Positions 27,194-40,258 of a DNA stretch of 64,000 bases are shown in pieces. Source of the DNA: Mytilus edulis (taxonomy: Eukaryota). Below the pieces are notes generated by a model, which searched no databases, was not told where the DNA came from, and saw only the letters and a list, made by a program, of their open reading frames with translations. Within the stretch, counting starts at the first letter, position 1; every line of letters starts with the position of its first letter. The stretch is from the NCBI RefSeq assembly GCF_963676685.1, contig NC_092353.1, positions 51,956,001 to 52,020,000 on the forward strand, read 5' to 3'. The position numbers were made by a program, and so were the translations under genes.

Positions 27194-28747
27194 CAATAGA
27201 GAAAAATCATTTAGACAGTGTGCTATTGGAACTTAATTAAATTTGGAATTTTTAATTGATATTGGTATTTGTTTGTATAAGATATGGTAATTGATTTCAT
27301 TGTATGGTAAATCCAATGGTGTAACTTTGATTCAAAGAGTTGGATGAGTGCACTGTCCTCAGACACTGCCTTAAATTTTGAAGGGGTATTTCAAGATGAA
27401 CAAGAAAAAAACAATGTAAATTAGCTTTGTTAATGTAAATTTGACCACAAATTAAATATTATATTAAGAAAAGGACATTTTAAGTTACGAAAGCTTCCAA
27501 AAAATAATGCAGACAGATTTATTTAAAAACCGAGTTTGAATTAGTTATAATTAAATGCAGTTGAAACAAACTAATGATTTATGAGGTTATGTATTAATTC
27601 AAAGCTATTTTTGCTAAAAATTAAAAAATTTTGTGCTACAATAATTATTGCCATCAAATTTGTTATTGGCTACTAAGCTAATTTCAGAAGTTGATGATAG
27701 AGAAGTTTCAATAGATAAAGTGTCCACCAACGCACAGTTTCTAGAGTAACCATTATTGAATAACAGAAAGGAATTGTTTTTGATAGAAAGGCATATAGAT
27801 TTTATAATCAAATTTTTCACATACGGTAGATATGTATAGCTAGTATTAATTGATAAATAGAAAGAGAGAGTTTGGCTATATTTCTATACAATTTTTATAT
27901 AATTAGATTTTGATATGATATTTATGAAAGCTTTTTTTTTGATAAATAAATGCGGAAAATCATTTGTTACGTCAATAGAGGTCAAGGTTATGATTATATT
28001 CAAGGTCTTTGATAAAGCTTTTGAAGTAGTCACTGGATATGCTTTCCAGTTTTTATTATTTTTTGTTAAGTATGCCAAGGGTTTGAATGAAAGAAGATAG
28101 ATATAATATGTCAAACCTTTGAACAGAATTTAAATTTCAAAGTTGTAATGAATGGTACCATTAGTACATATTGTTATAATTGGTTTTTAAAAGATTAATT
28201 GAAAGATGTAATTTAAATTTCAATGACTCATGTAACTTGGTGTTATAACAACTGCAGCATACAAACATTCTCTTCAATTTTTCCAGACAGGGCTTTTAAA
28301 GAGTAGAATCAAAGCCATTGACGTCATTAAGTATGTAGTAAGGTTTTGAATTTAACTCCCCTTAAATTAATGAGTTTAAATAGCATTGGATGTGTTTTTG
28401 AGCCTCCTTTTCCCTTCATACAAGCCTCGTTAATGTCAGAATTTGAATAATGTAAATTTTACAATTTGAAGTCGTACATGTATTGTTGATTTGTGTCAAG
28501 TCATTTCTTAAGATATGGCGGCAAATTATAAAAGAAAAGAAAAGACCTTATCTTGATTTCATTAAAAACCTTTTAGTTTGAAATGTAAATTTGTAAATCA
28601 AAGATTCAAGTGATAAACTTTTAAAAAACATTTTGATGATAATGAGTATGACTATCTATTATGCTAGGAGTCAAAATATGTTTTTCAAGTTTTAAACTAG
28701 GTTAATAGAAAAATGTTCTTAAAATGTTTATGCCTCTCCTTCAATAG

Positions 28748-29510
28748 TATACACCTATTGACTGGGTGTGAGGGTAATAGCAAGTTTGTTGTCCCTGAGG
28801 TACCAACTATTGCTCGAGGCAAAGCCGAGAGCAATAGTTGGTATGCGAAGGGACAACAAACTTGCTATTACCTGCACAACCAGTCATTAGGTGTTTTATT
28901 ATACTGAACAACACAGCCATTAAGTGTTTTTATATACCAAATAACTAATTTTCTAAAAGTGTATATACCTTATCTGAAAGAAAGAAAAAATGTGACATAA
29001 CTTTACATGCACATGATGAACTTTACTTTTTTTATAATTCGTCTTGTATTTATAAATATTTCATTAATTTCAATCAAGACTACAAATATTTGTGTTAAAC
29101 TTTCCGTGCTTATTATAAATCCTAGTTAAAGTACACCAAACGCAAATTCACTTTTAATATACGGAGAGCGAACCCATATTATGAATAAGGTACTATATTT
29201 TAGATCTTTTAAAAAATTTCCATGAAGATTTTCTTTCTCTTTTATAATTGCTTCTTGTAAGTGAAATTACAATCAAAACAAACAGATTCCACCGTTTACA
29301 ATATAAGAGTGAGTTTGACGTTGCAAAGCATACGTAACCAAGCAGAGTAGTCAATGACATCATTATCGTCCAATGAAAAATAAGCATGGAAAAGTACGGG
29401 AAAGATGATTATGAAACTATTAACCGGGGCAATAGTCTTTGAAACTATTAACTGGCAAATTGTCTTTAGAATGAAATAGCACAACTATTTCATTTATTTT
29501 ATATAGGAAA
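28748..29510. mobile_element. Palindrome-headed non-autonomous element (possibly Crypton-like)
   Basis: A near-perfect hairpin of about 145 nt at 28751-28894, followed by CpG-containing sequence unlike its flanks. No TIR or TSD was found and the boundaries are approximate. Confidence 0.4.
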
Positions 29511-30468
29511 AAAACTCTTGAAGTATAATAATAGGGGATATTATTTGTTTTGGTCTGTGGGTTTGTTTATTTTTTATCTAACTTTATGAGGTTAAAATTT
29601 TGGTTTTAGACCATAAAGTTTTGGTTATGTCAAACTGAAACTTACTCCACATGTTCATAAAGATGTGAACTTAAAATATATGATTAAAGCAGGGTTTTAA
29701 CCTAAATTTTACAGTTCATTAAACATTGAAATATGATAGTGTGAACAGGGCTTGTTTTGCCATTGACATGTATTTTTGTAGAGAAAATTAATTGAACTTG
29801 TGATAAGTTGGTGTGCTGAAAGAAAGCATAATGAAAATAAGTTGTGTAATTATTTTAAGATTGTATATTTTTTGTTAAGATTTATTTGTTGAGATATATA
29901 AACAGTGATTTCTGTGATAATCATTTTAAGAAAATCTTGTTGAGGGCTTTTTATATAATTTTATAGTTTAAATCAGTAAATTATTTGTTAAGTTTTTCTT
30001 TTTTCCCTTGTCAGTGCTTTCATCCTGTTTTCTGTCATAATACAATAATTGTTGTTTCTTGTTTATAATGCTAGCATAATCATTTGTAATGTTCTGTTTA
30101 CATGTTAGCATAATTTGGACATGCTTGAATGATCTTAGCAATCAATGTGTATTGTATCATATTTTGTTGGATATTTATTTTCTTGTTTGATTTTGTATCT
30201 TTTATCTTAACTCTTTCTTTTGTTATTATACAAATTTTTAGATAAAAAGAATGAATCATTTTTAGGTTCAAAACTGATATTCATTTGTACTAAGGCCCTG
30301 TATCAAAACAAATTATGTGTGAAGGATTTCCTGAAAATAGAGCAGGTATGAAGGATTTTTTGTTATTTTTAGAACTTTTGCTATATTTAAGGATGTGTAC
30401 TTCTAGTAAAAGGAGAAAGACATAACAAAATTTGTTTAAGATTACACTTAAATGAATTAATATATGTC

Positions 30469-30667
30469 CAGGGGCGCATCCAGCCATTTTATAAAAAAGG
30501 GGGGGTCCCAACCCAGAGTAAAGGGGGGTTCCAACTATATGCTCTCATTCAAATGCATTGATCGTCCACAAAGAGGGGGGTTTCAACTATATGCTCTCAT
30601 TCAAATGCATTGATCGTCCAAAAAGAAGGTGTTCCAACCCCCAGAAACTCCACTGGATCCACCACTG
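30469..30667. mobile_element. hAT-like GC-rich MITE
   Basis: CAGGGGCGCATCCAG...CTGGATCCACCACTG with TATGTC on both flanks and an internal duplication of about 52 bp. Related to 57636-57760. Confidence 0.75.
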
Positions 30668-33255
30668 TATGTCACTCTTTCCAATCATTCGTCATGGATT
30701 AGCTAGGACCCTTCATCTTACCATCATCCCAAATATGCATGAAATATTTGCCACTGACTTCATGCAAAGATATAAATGGCTATTATATCTATCCTTAAAA
30801 AAAAAATCAATTGAATCATATAATTGATATTTTTCTCTATCCTTTCTTTTTTATCAATTTTGGCAGCTAAAACAGAAAATAAATTTTGAAGAAGAAAAAA
30901 ATTAAAAAAAATTCAAGGTATGTTTTTACCATAACTGGTTCTTTTAACTTTTTTGTGAACTTGTGCCATAAAATAAGTAAACTAATTAAATTTTATCTCC
31001 TTATCAATTAAGGAAAGGCATTACCAGAAAAATAATGTCCACATTTTCTACAAAATCTAGATATTTATTGATACTTCCTGCTTTTCTTTCAATCATTAAA
31101 TGTTTCAGCTCACATTACAATCGGCCATGGATAATCAATTCTCTTATTGTTTATTTACTGTATTTGGAAGTAAATGTTACCATAATTAAATCGTACTTGG
31201 CAATCAGTGGCTGGAGATTGTGGCCTACATGGGTTTTAGTTGGTTCTATATGGTTTATTGATTTGCTAGATTCTGATCCCTTGTCAAATCTGATTAAGCT
31301 AGATCTTGCATGTAATTGAAAATTCAGAATTTTATATGGAAACGTTGGAAGGCAGACATTTTTATTGGCAGGAGTGAATTGGAGTGACTTTTTTATGTTG
31401 GTATTTTGTATCTAGTTAGATTACCCAGTATTATAACTGTGTAATGTTAGTATCCACTGTAATTTTAATTCAATTATTTATTTTTTGTTTGTTTCCACGT
31501 GTTTTATATTTTGCTTTCTTGACCTTCCGTTTGAAATGTTGTAAACCCAGTTAAAGTTATTGTTATTGGTTTTTTTTTCAATACTGTACAATTTAGTGTA
31601 TGTAAGTATGTAAGAAAATGTCTGCTAAGTCTTTGACTTAGGTTAGGTATAATTACATTCCAAGTTTGGATTAAGTCTGTGTCTTTTACCAAATTGTCTG
31701 ATTGTTGTTTGTTAGTTCCAGCAAGCCGTACCCATTGATTCCGGTGTTATAAATCATTACTTGTTAAATTATTTATTTGAATGTTATTTTGGTACTGGTT
31801 TGTAAAATTCCTATGTGTAAAATTAGTTTAAATAATAGAAAGTTTGGATATGTTTCTTTGCGCTATCTTGTATTGTTTAATTTCTTTCTCACTTTGAATC
31901 AATATTTCTGTCAGAAGGTAAATGTCAAGAACTGTTGCAAATAATAAATTAAACTAGAGTATCTTGCTTGGTAGTAGTTCTCTAATATGGGATCTACTTT
32001 TTCCTAGTCAAATCCTATCTTTTTTATTCAATCATGCTACTAAAGACTGCCTTATTTACAATTAAAACCAAGGTTTTTCTATTGGTTGTTAGTCCAAACC
32101 AATTTCTTTGACATAATTCATCTTGGTACTTTTTAAATGGATTTTCGTAACTTTTATGCAGGCATTTTTACTGTTCAGGGGAGTATCTTAGCTTATCTGT
32201 TCTTTTTTAATTTGGGATTTTTTTTTTATCTTTTATATTTTGGGTATTTAAGTACAATATTTCAGTTAGGATTGGTGTCTGTAGCATGCTGTTAAAGCTT
32301 CATATGAAAGTGGTTTAATGAATAGGTATTTCCATTTTGTCTTTTTTTTTGTTGCAGCAAGCTTGCAAATCCCTGTTGCCTAAATCTGTATTAGGTCAAC
32401 ACTTTAAAATAGATTTGAATGTTTTGCGAGGTAAATTAAATGTAAATCTTTCCTTGGTCCTTGATATGTCAAAAAGAAGGTTCAATTCAGTACATATAGA
32501 TTTTCTCTCCACTTAGAATTTGGCTACTGTGTTATATTTTCGGAAGCATATACTTAACAATTTAAACAGTGCAAATACATTTATTTATTTAACTGAATTA
32601 GATAAATATTCTTTGACAAAGACATCTGTAAAAATGAAAGATTTGGATGCCCCCAGCAGGTTAAACTTTGATAAATTAATGTAATTTACTATTCAGCTTT
32701 CTGAAGTTGAAGTATTTACTTTCAATGAACTTTTATTTATTCCCTTCAGTTTGCATTTTCAGATTTAGTTTACCGATAGATAGATTATATTTAGGTAGAT
32801 CTACACAAAATACTTGTATTTTATTTTTCTGATATTTACCTAAGCAGTAGTTTTAATAAGAATTTTTATACATGTATAATGCACTAAACTGTGATAATTT
32901 TAACAATTTTATTTAATTATGGAGAATTTTTTTATTATATTTTGTTTAGAATCAGTATTTTATACACCATATATATTGTTAGTGAATAAAAATGTGCTAT
33001 CACCTATTGGTACTTGTTTTGAACTTAGACAACAGTATACCATAATATGAAGGAAAAAAAAAGGCGTTTAAAATAAGAAGATGAGATATGATTGTCAATG
33101 AGACAACACTTCACCAACTGTAGGTCACCATATGGCCTTCAATAATGAGCAAAAGACATACTCCATGGAAATGAACAGATATTTTCCCCAACAAGCAAAA
33201 GAAACAAAAGGCATTCAGGAATCAGCATATGACTGTATTCAATGATAGAAAAGTG

Positions 33256-34622
33256 TTTTTATGCCCCATTTATTGGCATTATGTTTTCTGTTCTGTGTGT
33301 CCATTCGTCCATTTGTCCCGCTTCAGGTTAAAGTTTTTGGTTTGAGGTCAGGTTAAATTTTTTGGTCAAGGTACTTTTTGTCGAGCCTGCAACTTTTGTT
33401 GCAGAAAGCTCGACATAGGCATAGTGATCTGGCGGTGGCAGCGTTAGCTAACTTCTTAAAAGGTTTATATTTTAGAAGGTGAAGACCTGGATGCTTCATA
33501 CTTTGAATATAGATGCCTCATGTTACGAAGTTTCCGTCAGTCACATGTCCAATGTCCTTGACCTCATTTTCATGGTTCAGTGACCACTTGAAAAAAAAGT
33601 TCAGAATTTTTGTAATGTTGAATTCTCTCTTATTATAAGTTAGGATAGCTATATTTGGTATGTGCGTACCTTGCAAGGTCCTCATGCCCGTCAGACAGTT
33701 TTCACTTGACCTCAACCTCATTTCATGGATCAGTGAACAAGGTTAAGTTTTGGTGGTCAAGTCCATATCTCAGATACTATAAGCAATAGGGCTAGTATAT
33801 TTGGTTTATGGAAGGACTGGAAGGTGTACATGTCCAACTGGCAGGTGTCATCTGACCTTGACCTCATTTTCATGGTTCAGTGGTTATAGTTAAGTTTTTT
33901 GTGTTTTGGTCTGTTTTTCTCATACTTTATGCAATAGGTCTACTATATTTGTTGTATGGAATGATAGTAAGGTGTACATGTCTAGCGGGCAGATGTCATC
34001 TGACTTTGACCTCATTTTCATGGTTCAGTGGTCAAAGTTAAGTTTTTAAGTTTTGGTCTTTTTATCTAATATTATATGCCAAAGGTCAACTATATTTGGT
34101 GTATGAAAATATATTATAATCTTTATGTCAGTCCCGCAGGTTTTATTTGACCATGACCTCAATTGCATGGTTCATTCAGGGTTAAGTTTATGTGTTTTGG
34201 TCTATTTTTCTTAAACTAGAAGTAATAGGTCAACTATATTTGTTGTATGGAAGCTTTGTTAGCTGTACATGTCTGCCTGGCATGGTTCATCTGACCTTGA
34301 CCTCATTTTCATTGTTCATTGTTCTTTGTTTAGCTATCTTGGTTAATGTTAAGTTTATGTGACAGTTGTAATAAAGCTATATACTTAGGACTATCAACAT
34401 AATATCAATGATTAGTAAAGAAAGTGAGACATTTCAGTGTGTGCACTCTTGTTGATGAAGTTGAAGTCCAATCTACTTGAAACTTAGTACACATGTTCCC
34501 TATCACATGATCTTTCTAATTTTAATGCTAAATTAGAGTTTTTACCCCATTTTCACGGTTCACTGAACATAGAAAATGATAGTGCGGATGGGGCATCCGT
34601 GTACATGGGACACATTCTTGTT
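33256..34622 (+). mobile_element. HINE family 2 copy interrupted by HINE family 1
   Basis: The two halves (33256-33375 and 34453-34622) rejoin to match 16789-17098. Confidence 0.7.
33376..34452 (+). mobile_element. Second copy of the same HINE family, nested in another HINE
   Basis: Colinear with 19410-20608 with one fewer internal repeat unit. Splits its host at GGTACTTTT|TTGATGAAG. Confidence 0.75.
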
Positions 34623-35227
34623 TTATATGTAGCAAGACACTATCTTGATAAAAGACTACCAAATAATTAAAGATCATAAACTTGAATATCAACTATTAAG
34701 ACAATGGCAAATTTTCTTAACTTTGGTAGGCACACAAACATGCAGCAGGCATAAGCAAGACATTTGTGCAATCAAAACATCATGTTTCAAATTTTATATT
34801 GAAAAAAAACAGTCACTTAAGAAGGTACAGTAGACAGGAAATCGCTGGTTTTGGTAAAACAACATTGAAATAGTCCTCTGGAGCCCTATATAGCTTGCTG
34901 TTTGGTGTAAACCAAGGCTGTGTGCTGAAGGTTGTACTTTGACCTGTTATGGTTTACCTTTTACACATTGTGATTTGGATGGAGTGTTATCTCATTGGCA
35001 CTCATATCCATCACATCTTATTTCTCGTTGAAACCCACATTGCTCTCAGTTGCTTAAAAGCTGACAGCAAGCCCAAACATGCAGATATAAAAGCCATACA
35101 TAATACCTACCCTATAATACCTACAGCTGTACTTCTGAATAGATTGATCAAGGATTTGTATAGTATATAAATCCTTGAATTGATAACAGGATTTTTGAGG
35201 TATGTCCAAAGTATTTTAAGAGAATTA

Positions 35228-36485
35228 TAAAACAGAATATTTATAATAAAAAAAACATTTCAAATATAAAAAAGAAGATGTGGTATGATTGCCAATGAGA
35301 CAACTGTCCACAAGAGACCAAAATGACACAGACATTAACAACCATAGGTCACTGTACGGCCTTCAACAATGAGCAACGTCTGTACCGCATAGTCAGCTAT
35401 AAAAAGTCCTGTTTGAAACACAACGAAATATGATTACTAATCTCCGAACTGAACTTGAATATACTAGGTTCAATAATATAACTATGTTCATGATAAAAAT
35501 TGTTATGATTTGAAAGAAAATTCATCACGTTAATAATTTTGCTTTAACAAATAAACCCATAAAATTAATGTTTTAAACTCAGCACTCAGTCCTGTAACCT
35601 GGGAACAGTATATCGTTAATATATATGTTCCTGGTGAAACCGACTCCTGGACAAGGATAGTTTTGAATGTCATGATGATATGTCTTTCGGGAAACTAAAT
35701 TGAACAATCGACTTTCAAAGGGTTCAAATAAACACAGGCTGGTAAATTCACAATAAAATTCTATTTTTATTTTGATTATCTCAATCTTGCAAAAAATAGC
35801 CGGCAAATGATGAATGATCATTTCCAATAACTGCCTCTGTATGGCCGCTGTGTCTATGCTTAATATAAACACGATCTCCTTTCTTTAATTCAACCAATAC
35901 ACTAATACTACTTTCTTCGTATGGTCCGTTGTTTGAATATCCCTTTACATACAATGAGTCGTTCTTGTTGAGTTGATAACCGACGACTTTTCCATTGTCC
36001 CCATAAATCACACAACTGAAATTATACAATCCATCTCTTTTAGCAGTGAAAATCCCTGTTGATGGGTCGTAGCCTCCACCTCTATTGACCTTTACTCCTT
36101 CAAATATCAACACTTTGTTAGAGTTAGATAAAACAAATCTTTTCGACAATGTTGAGAAGAATGCAGGTCTGATCTGTTTATCTGCAATGAAAATGTAATT
36201 TTAACAATAAGATTTTGTTGTCAAAATGAGTTGGAACAAGAGCATAGCATATACAGTGTTATTTAAGACTATTGAGTATATATCAAAAGAAAATGTGGTG
36301 TCAATGCCTAATGAGACAACTCCCCACAGTCACTAGAGACCAAAATGACGCAGAAATTAACATCTATATGTCACTGTTCGGCCTTCAACAATGAGCAAAA
36401 GCCTATACCGCATATAGTCAGCTATAACATGTCTCGAAAGGACAAATGTAAAGTGAGAAAACTAACACCCTAATTTATGTACAAA
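35228..36485. repeat. Segmental duplication of about 1.3 kb (paralog at about 38787-40093) holding the C1q exon, its 3' region and SINE copies at both ends
   Basis: Colinear from AAAACAGAATATTTATAATAAAA through the exon to CCCTAA.TTATGTACAAA. Confidence 0.9.
35781..36181 (-). CDS. C1qDC gene A exon 3 (globular C1q domain); spliced protein 186 aa
   Basis: ttgcAG acceptor; 401 nt. Carries the C1q signature: PAFF...VLIF..V.VNRGGGYDPSTGIFTA..DGLY.FS...VELKKGDRVYI...SSFAGYFL*. Confidence 0.95.
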
Positions 36486-36691
36486 ATAATGAACGAAAAA
36501 CAAATATCACGGTAACAAATCAACAAACGACATCCTACAAGCTCCTGACGTGGGACATATGTAGATATAAGATGTAGCGGGATTAAAAAAATTCTGAAGC
36601 TTATAATATGCTGCAGTGTTTCAATATTGTGTTGTCATAGAGGAATAGTACCAGACAGTATCACGTGATATTAAATATAAGTTTAACTCAC

Positions 36692-36766
36692 CCCAATCTC
36701 TACCTCTATTGCTATTAATTCTCATGAGCATTTCCAGAAGATCCTCCGTAACGCATGTTGTTTTTC
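36692..36766 (-). CDS. C1qDC gene A exon 2 (short linker/helix)
   Basis: ttttAG acceptor and GTGAGT donor; 75 nt, phase 1-1; GKTTCVTEDLLEMLMRINSNRGRDW. Near-identical to gene C exon 2. Confidence 0.88.
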
Positions 36767-37176
36767 CTAAAACATACGACAATTTAGTACCAATAATAGA
36801 TAAGGGCTCGATAAATTTGCCTCTTTATATAGTAATAGTGGGTTTTTTTTCGATTTTTAAAATTTTTTTTGGATGAATTTACAGGAAAATATTCATGTAT
36901 AAAGCTGAGTATTGGGAACTAGTAACGTCATCTCAATAGTGGTTTTGGACTGGCACATATGTAAGCGATTCAACAATAACTGTGAGGGTTCCAATCATTG
37001 CATTTAACGTAATATCTTGATATTGTACTGTTTTAAATAAGACTGCTAATTTTTAAATGCATGTAGAGCAAGACTTTGGTTAACTTGCTTGCTATGTTTG
37101 TATATTGTGCAATTCTGTACTTGGGATTACGTCCAATCAAATTCAAATATATTCAGGTTTAACTATGCCTAAATGT

Positions 37177-37320
37177 CAGTGACGGATCCAGAAATTTTCA
37201 CAAGTGGGGGCCCACTGACTGACCTAAGAGGGGGCCCGCTCCAGTCACGCTTCAATGATTCCCTATATAAGCAAACAAATTTTTTCCCAAAAAGCCCCCC
37301 CCCCCCTAAATCCGCCTCTG
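37177..37320. mobile_element. hAT-like GC-rich MITE in intron 1 of C1qDC gene A
   Basis: CAGTGACGGATCCAG...AAATCCGCCTCTG with 5-bp TSD AATGT. Same family at about 53351-53530, 57350-57504, 61142-61301 and 62546-62612. Confidence 0.75.
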
Positions 37321-37463
37321 AATGTAATGTTTAAATATGTCAATCTTAATAACAAAGCTTGAGTAAACATTTACATAAACAAAACAAGCAAGCCAATCAA
37401 AGTTTTACTCCACTAGCATTAGGAAATTAGCTTTAACGGTATTTCAAGAATGATTTTCGTTAC

Positions 37464-37548
37464 CTCTTCGTGCATCACAGGTAGCTGTAACTCTTACGGA
37501 AACACCAATAAGAGCAAACAAAACACAAATGAAGCGTAACCATGCCAT
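37464..37548 (-). CDS. C1qDC gene A exon 1 (signal peptide)
   Basis: ATG at 37548-37546; MAWLRFICVLFALIGVSVRVTATCDARR then G|GTAAC donor; 85 nt, phase 1. TATATAA lies about 55 nt upstream. Homologous to gene C exon 1. Confidence 0.88.
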
Positions 37549-37594
37549 TTCAGTACGATGTTTTTCGTTTGGCGTGATAAATTGTTTTCAACAG

Positions 37595-37670
37595 TTGTTT
37601 ATATATTTTAATAACAATCATTATGATGAGGACCTGATACTTTAATTACACCTTCGCGTGTCTACTTTTA
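37595..37670 (-). promoter_or_regulatory. TATA box and conserved promoter block of C1qDC gene A
   Basis: Plus-strand gtttatatattt and actttaattacaccttcgcgtgtctact recur upstream of gene C at 49741-49815 (gtttatatattt; ttttaattacaacttgacgtgcgtact). Confidence 0.55.
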
Positions 37671-38821
37671 TTGGTTTTTGTTCCTCAACTGCACGGCATG
37701 TAAAGTGTATGTAGTGTGGTTCCTGACACCAAAACTGTGTGCATGCATAAGTGTACTAAAAGATTAGCTTGTTGAATCATAACTAGTTTATGTAATGGCT
37801 TTTTATTTGGGTTTGGCGTGACTTGATTTTCAAAGATACGCTTTCAAACTGACAATCCTGCTTATGGCAAATCATGTATTGAAAGAAAAAAAGTTTTTAC
37901 TTACAGAGATACGGTATTATTTTGATCGTTTATACATTAATATTGGGGAGGGGTAGCTCCTTTTTAAGATGAACATTCAAGCTTTTTAACTATCGAAACA
38001 TTATAATAGTGTCTTTTCCTATCAGGCATTATGTGATGCATGGTTGTATGGTTGCATGGCATGCAACAACGAATACATGGGTGTTTTACAATTACAACAT
38101 GTTGTTAATGATGAATCTTGACAAGAGACAATACGCCAAAGACACCCATAGTCTTCAGCAAAAGACAACTGTTTATATCCTGATTAAAAAGTGGCGCATA
38201 GAGGTAACATGCTATACCAATGGTAAGCCTTCTAAATTCAGAAACAAATCCGCAAAACAACAAAAGACCAATACCGACGACACTAGTGGCATGGGATAAA
38301 TTCACGTTGAAAAGGAAATGGTTTGATTCTTTTCCCAAATACTCAGGTGTACATATATAAGCAACAGCTACACTGAATTATCTATACAAAGACCAATTTA
38401 CCACACTGTTTAACAGCAACTGTAAACAGTTAACGTTTATTACAGTATAGATGTGTTGAACGGCTCTCTTTAGTGTGATAGTGTCGTTTAAAAAATACAA
38501 TATGCAGTCAATGGCTATATATTAACAAATTTATGTTCAAAAGAACACTGCTAGTCAGTCTATAAATCAACAACTCCTAAAATTAAGAATGTTATTGTAT
38601 ACAAGTGATGTGTTCCTCAATGGTCAATAAACTGAGCTCGGCTTTTTCAAGTAGAATTTTTTTTTATTTAGTTAGTGTGTAATTTGTATTGGTATAAATC
38701 AAAAACGTGTATAACCTGTAGGATTTATTGTACCGGAAGTCAATAAATATTTGGCCGCGCTATATACAGTAGCAGTTTTAGTTTAAAAACAGAATATTTA
38801 TAATAAAAAAAAAACATTTTC

Positions 38822-38969
38822 AATATAAAAAAGAAGATGTGGTATGATTGCCAATGAGACAACTGTCCACAAGAGACCAAAATGACACAGACATTAACAA
38901 CTATAGGTCACCGTACGGCCTTCAACAATGAGCAAAGCCCATACCGCATAGTCAGCTATAAAAGGCCCC
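38822..38969 (-). mobile_element. Abundant SINE-like repeat (best-preserved copy)
   Basis: AAGAAGATGTGGTATGATTGCCAATGAGACAACT...GGTCACCGTACGGCCTTCAACAATGAGCAAAGCCCATACCGCATAGTCAGCTATAAAAGGCCCC. More than 15 copies or fragments in both orientations, for example near 155, 1645, 5375, 11405, 19130, 24230, 33075, 34880, 35268, 36288, 39875, 43488, 44995, 46115, 53875 and 61110. The family name could not be verified. Confidence 0.75.
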
Positions 38970-39363
38970 AAGTCCTATTTGAAACACAACGAAATATGAT
39001 TACTAATCTCCCGACTTAAATATACTAGGTTCAGTAATATAACTATGTTCATGATAACAATTGTTATGATTTGAAAGAAAATTCATCACGTTAATAATTT
39101 TGCTTTAAAAAATAAACCCATAAAATTAATGTTTTAAACTTTGCAGACTCAGTCCTGTAACCTGGGAACAGTATATCGTTAATATATATGTTCCTGGTGA
39201 AACCGACTCCTGATCAAGGATATTTTTGAATGTCATGATATGTCTTTCGGGAAACTGAATTTAAACTCTAAATTGAACATTCGACATTCAAAGGGTTCAA
39301 ATAAACACAGGCTGGTGTTCACTAGAATGACACAACTAAAATTCTATTTTTATTTTGATTATC

Positions 39364-39764
39364 TCAATCTTGCAAAAAATAGCCGGCAAATGATGAATGA
39401 TCATTTCCAATAACTGCCTCTGTCTGGCCGCTGTGTCTACGCTTAATATAAACACGATCTCCTTTCTTTAAATCAAGCAATACACTAATACTACTTGCTT
39501 CGTATGGTCCGTTGTTCGAATATCCGCTTACATACAATGAGTCGTTCTTGTTGAGTTGATACCCAACGTCTTTACCACTGTCCCCGTAAATCACACAACT
39601 GAAATGATACAATCCATCTCTTTTAGCAGTGAATATCCCGGATGATGGGTCGTAGCCTCCACCTCTATTGACCTTTACTCCATCAAATATCAACACTTTG
39701 TTAGAGTTGGATAAAACAACACTTTTCGACAATGTTGAGAAGAATGCAGGTCTAATCTGTTTAT
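39364..39764 (-). CDS. C1qDC gene B terminal exon (globular C1q domain)
   Basis: ttgcAG acceptor; 401 nt, intact frame and full C1q signature. By hand count it differs from the gene A exon at 23 of 401 nt and 13 of 133 aa. Confidence 0.93.
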
Positions 39765-40258
39765 CTGCAATGAAAATGTCATGTTTTAACAATAAGATTT
39801 AGTTGTCAAGATGAGTTAGAACAAGAGCATAGAGACAGATTTATTAACACCATTGAGTATACTAGTATATTAAAAACAGATGTAGTATGATTGCCAATGA
39901 GACAACTCTCCACAATACGGTAGACCAAATGACACAGAAATTAACAACTATAGGTCACAGTACAGCCTTCAACAATGAGCAAAGCCTATATATCGCATAT
40001 CTATATATTATTAATAGTCAGCTATAAAAGACCCCGAAGTGACAAATGTAAAACGATTCAAACGAGGCAACTAACGCCCTAAATTATGTACAAATGAAAA
40101 AAAAGCACAAATTTAACAAACAATGCTACTCGTGCTACTAGTAATATGATGCTAGGTGGTTTTGTTACACTTTTTTTTATACATCTGTACTGCTTACTGA
40201 CGACTCAGTCCTGGGATTAAATGGCCATTCAGTATGTCAACAAGAAAAAAGAACTAAA

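Noticed and set aside
35781-39764. Positive selection between C1q heads A and B
   Set aside because: A hand count gives about 14 non-synonymous and 9 synonymous differences, implying dN/dS below 1 overall. Site-level tests need more sequences.
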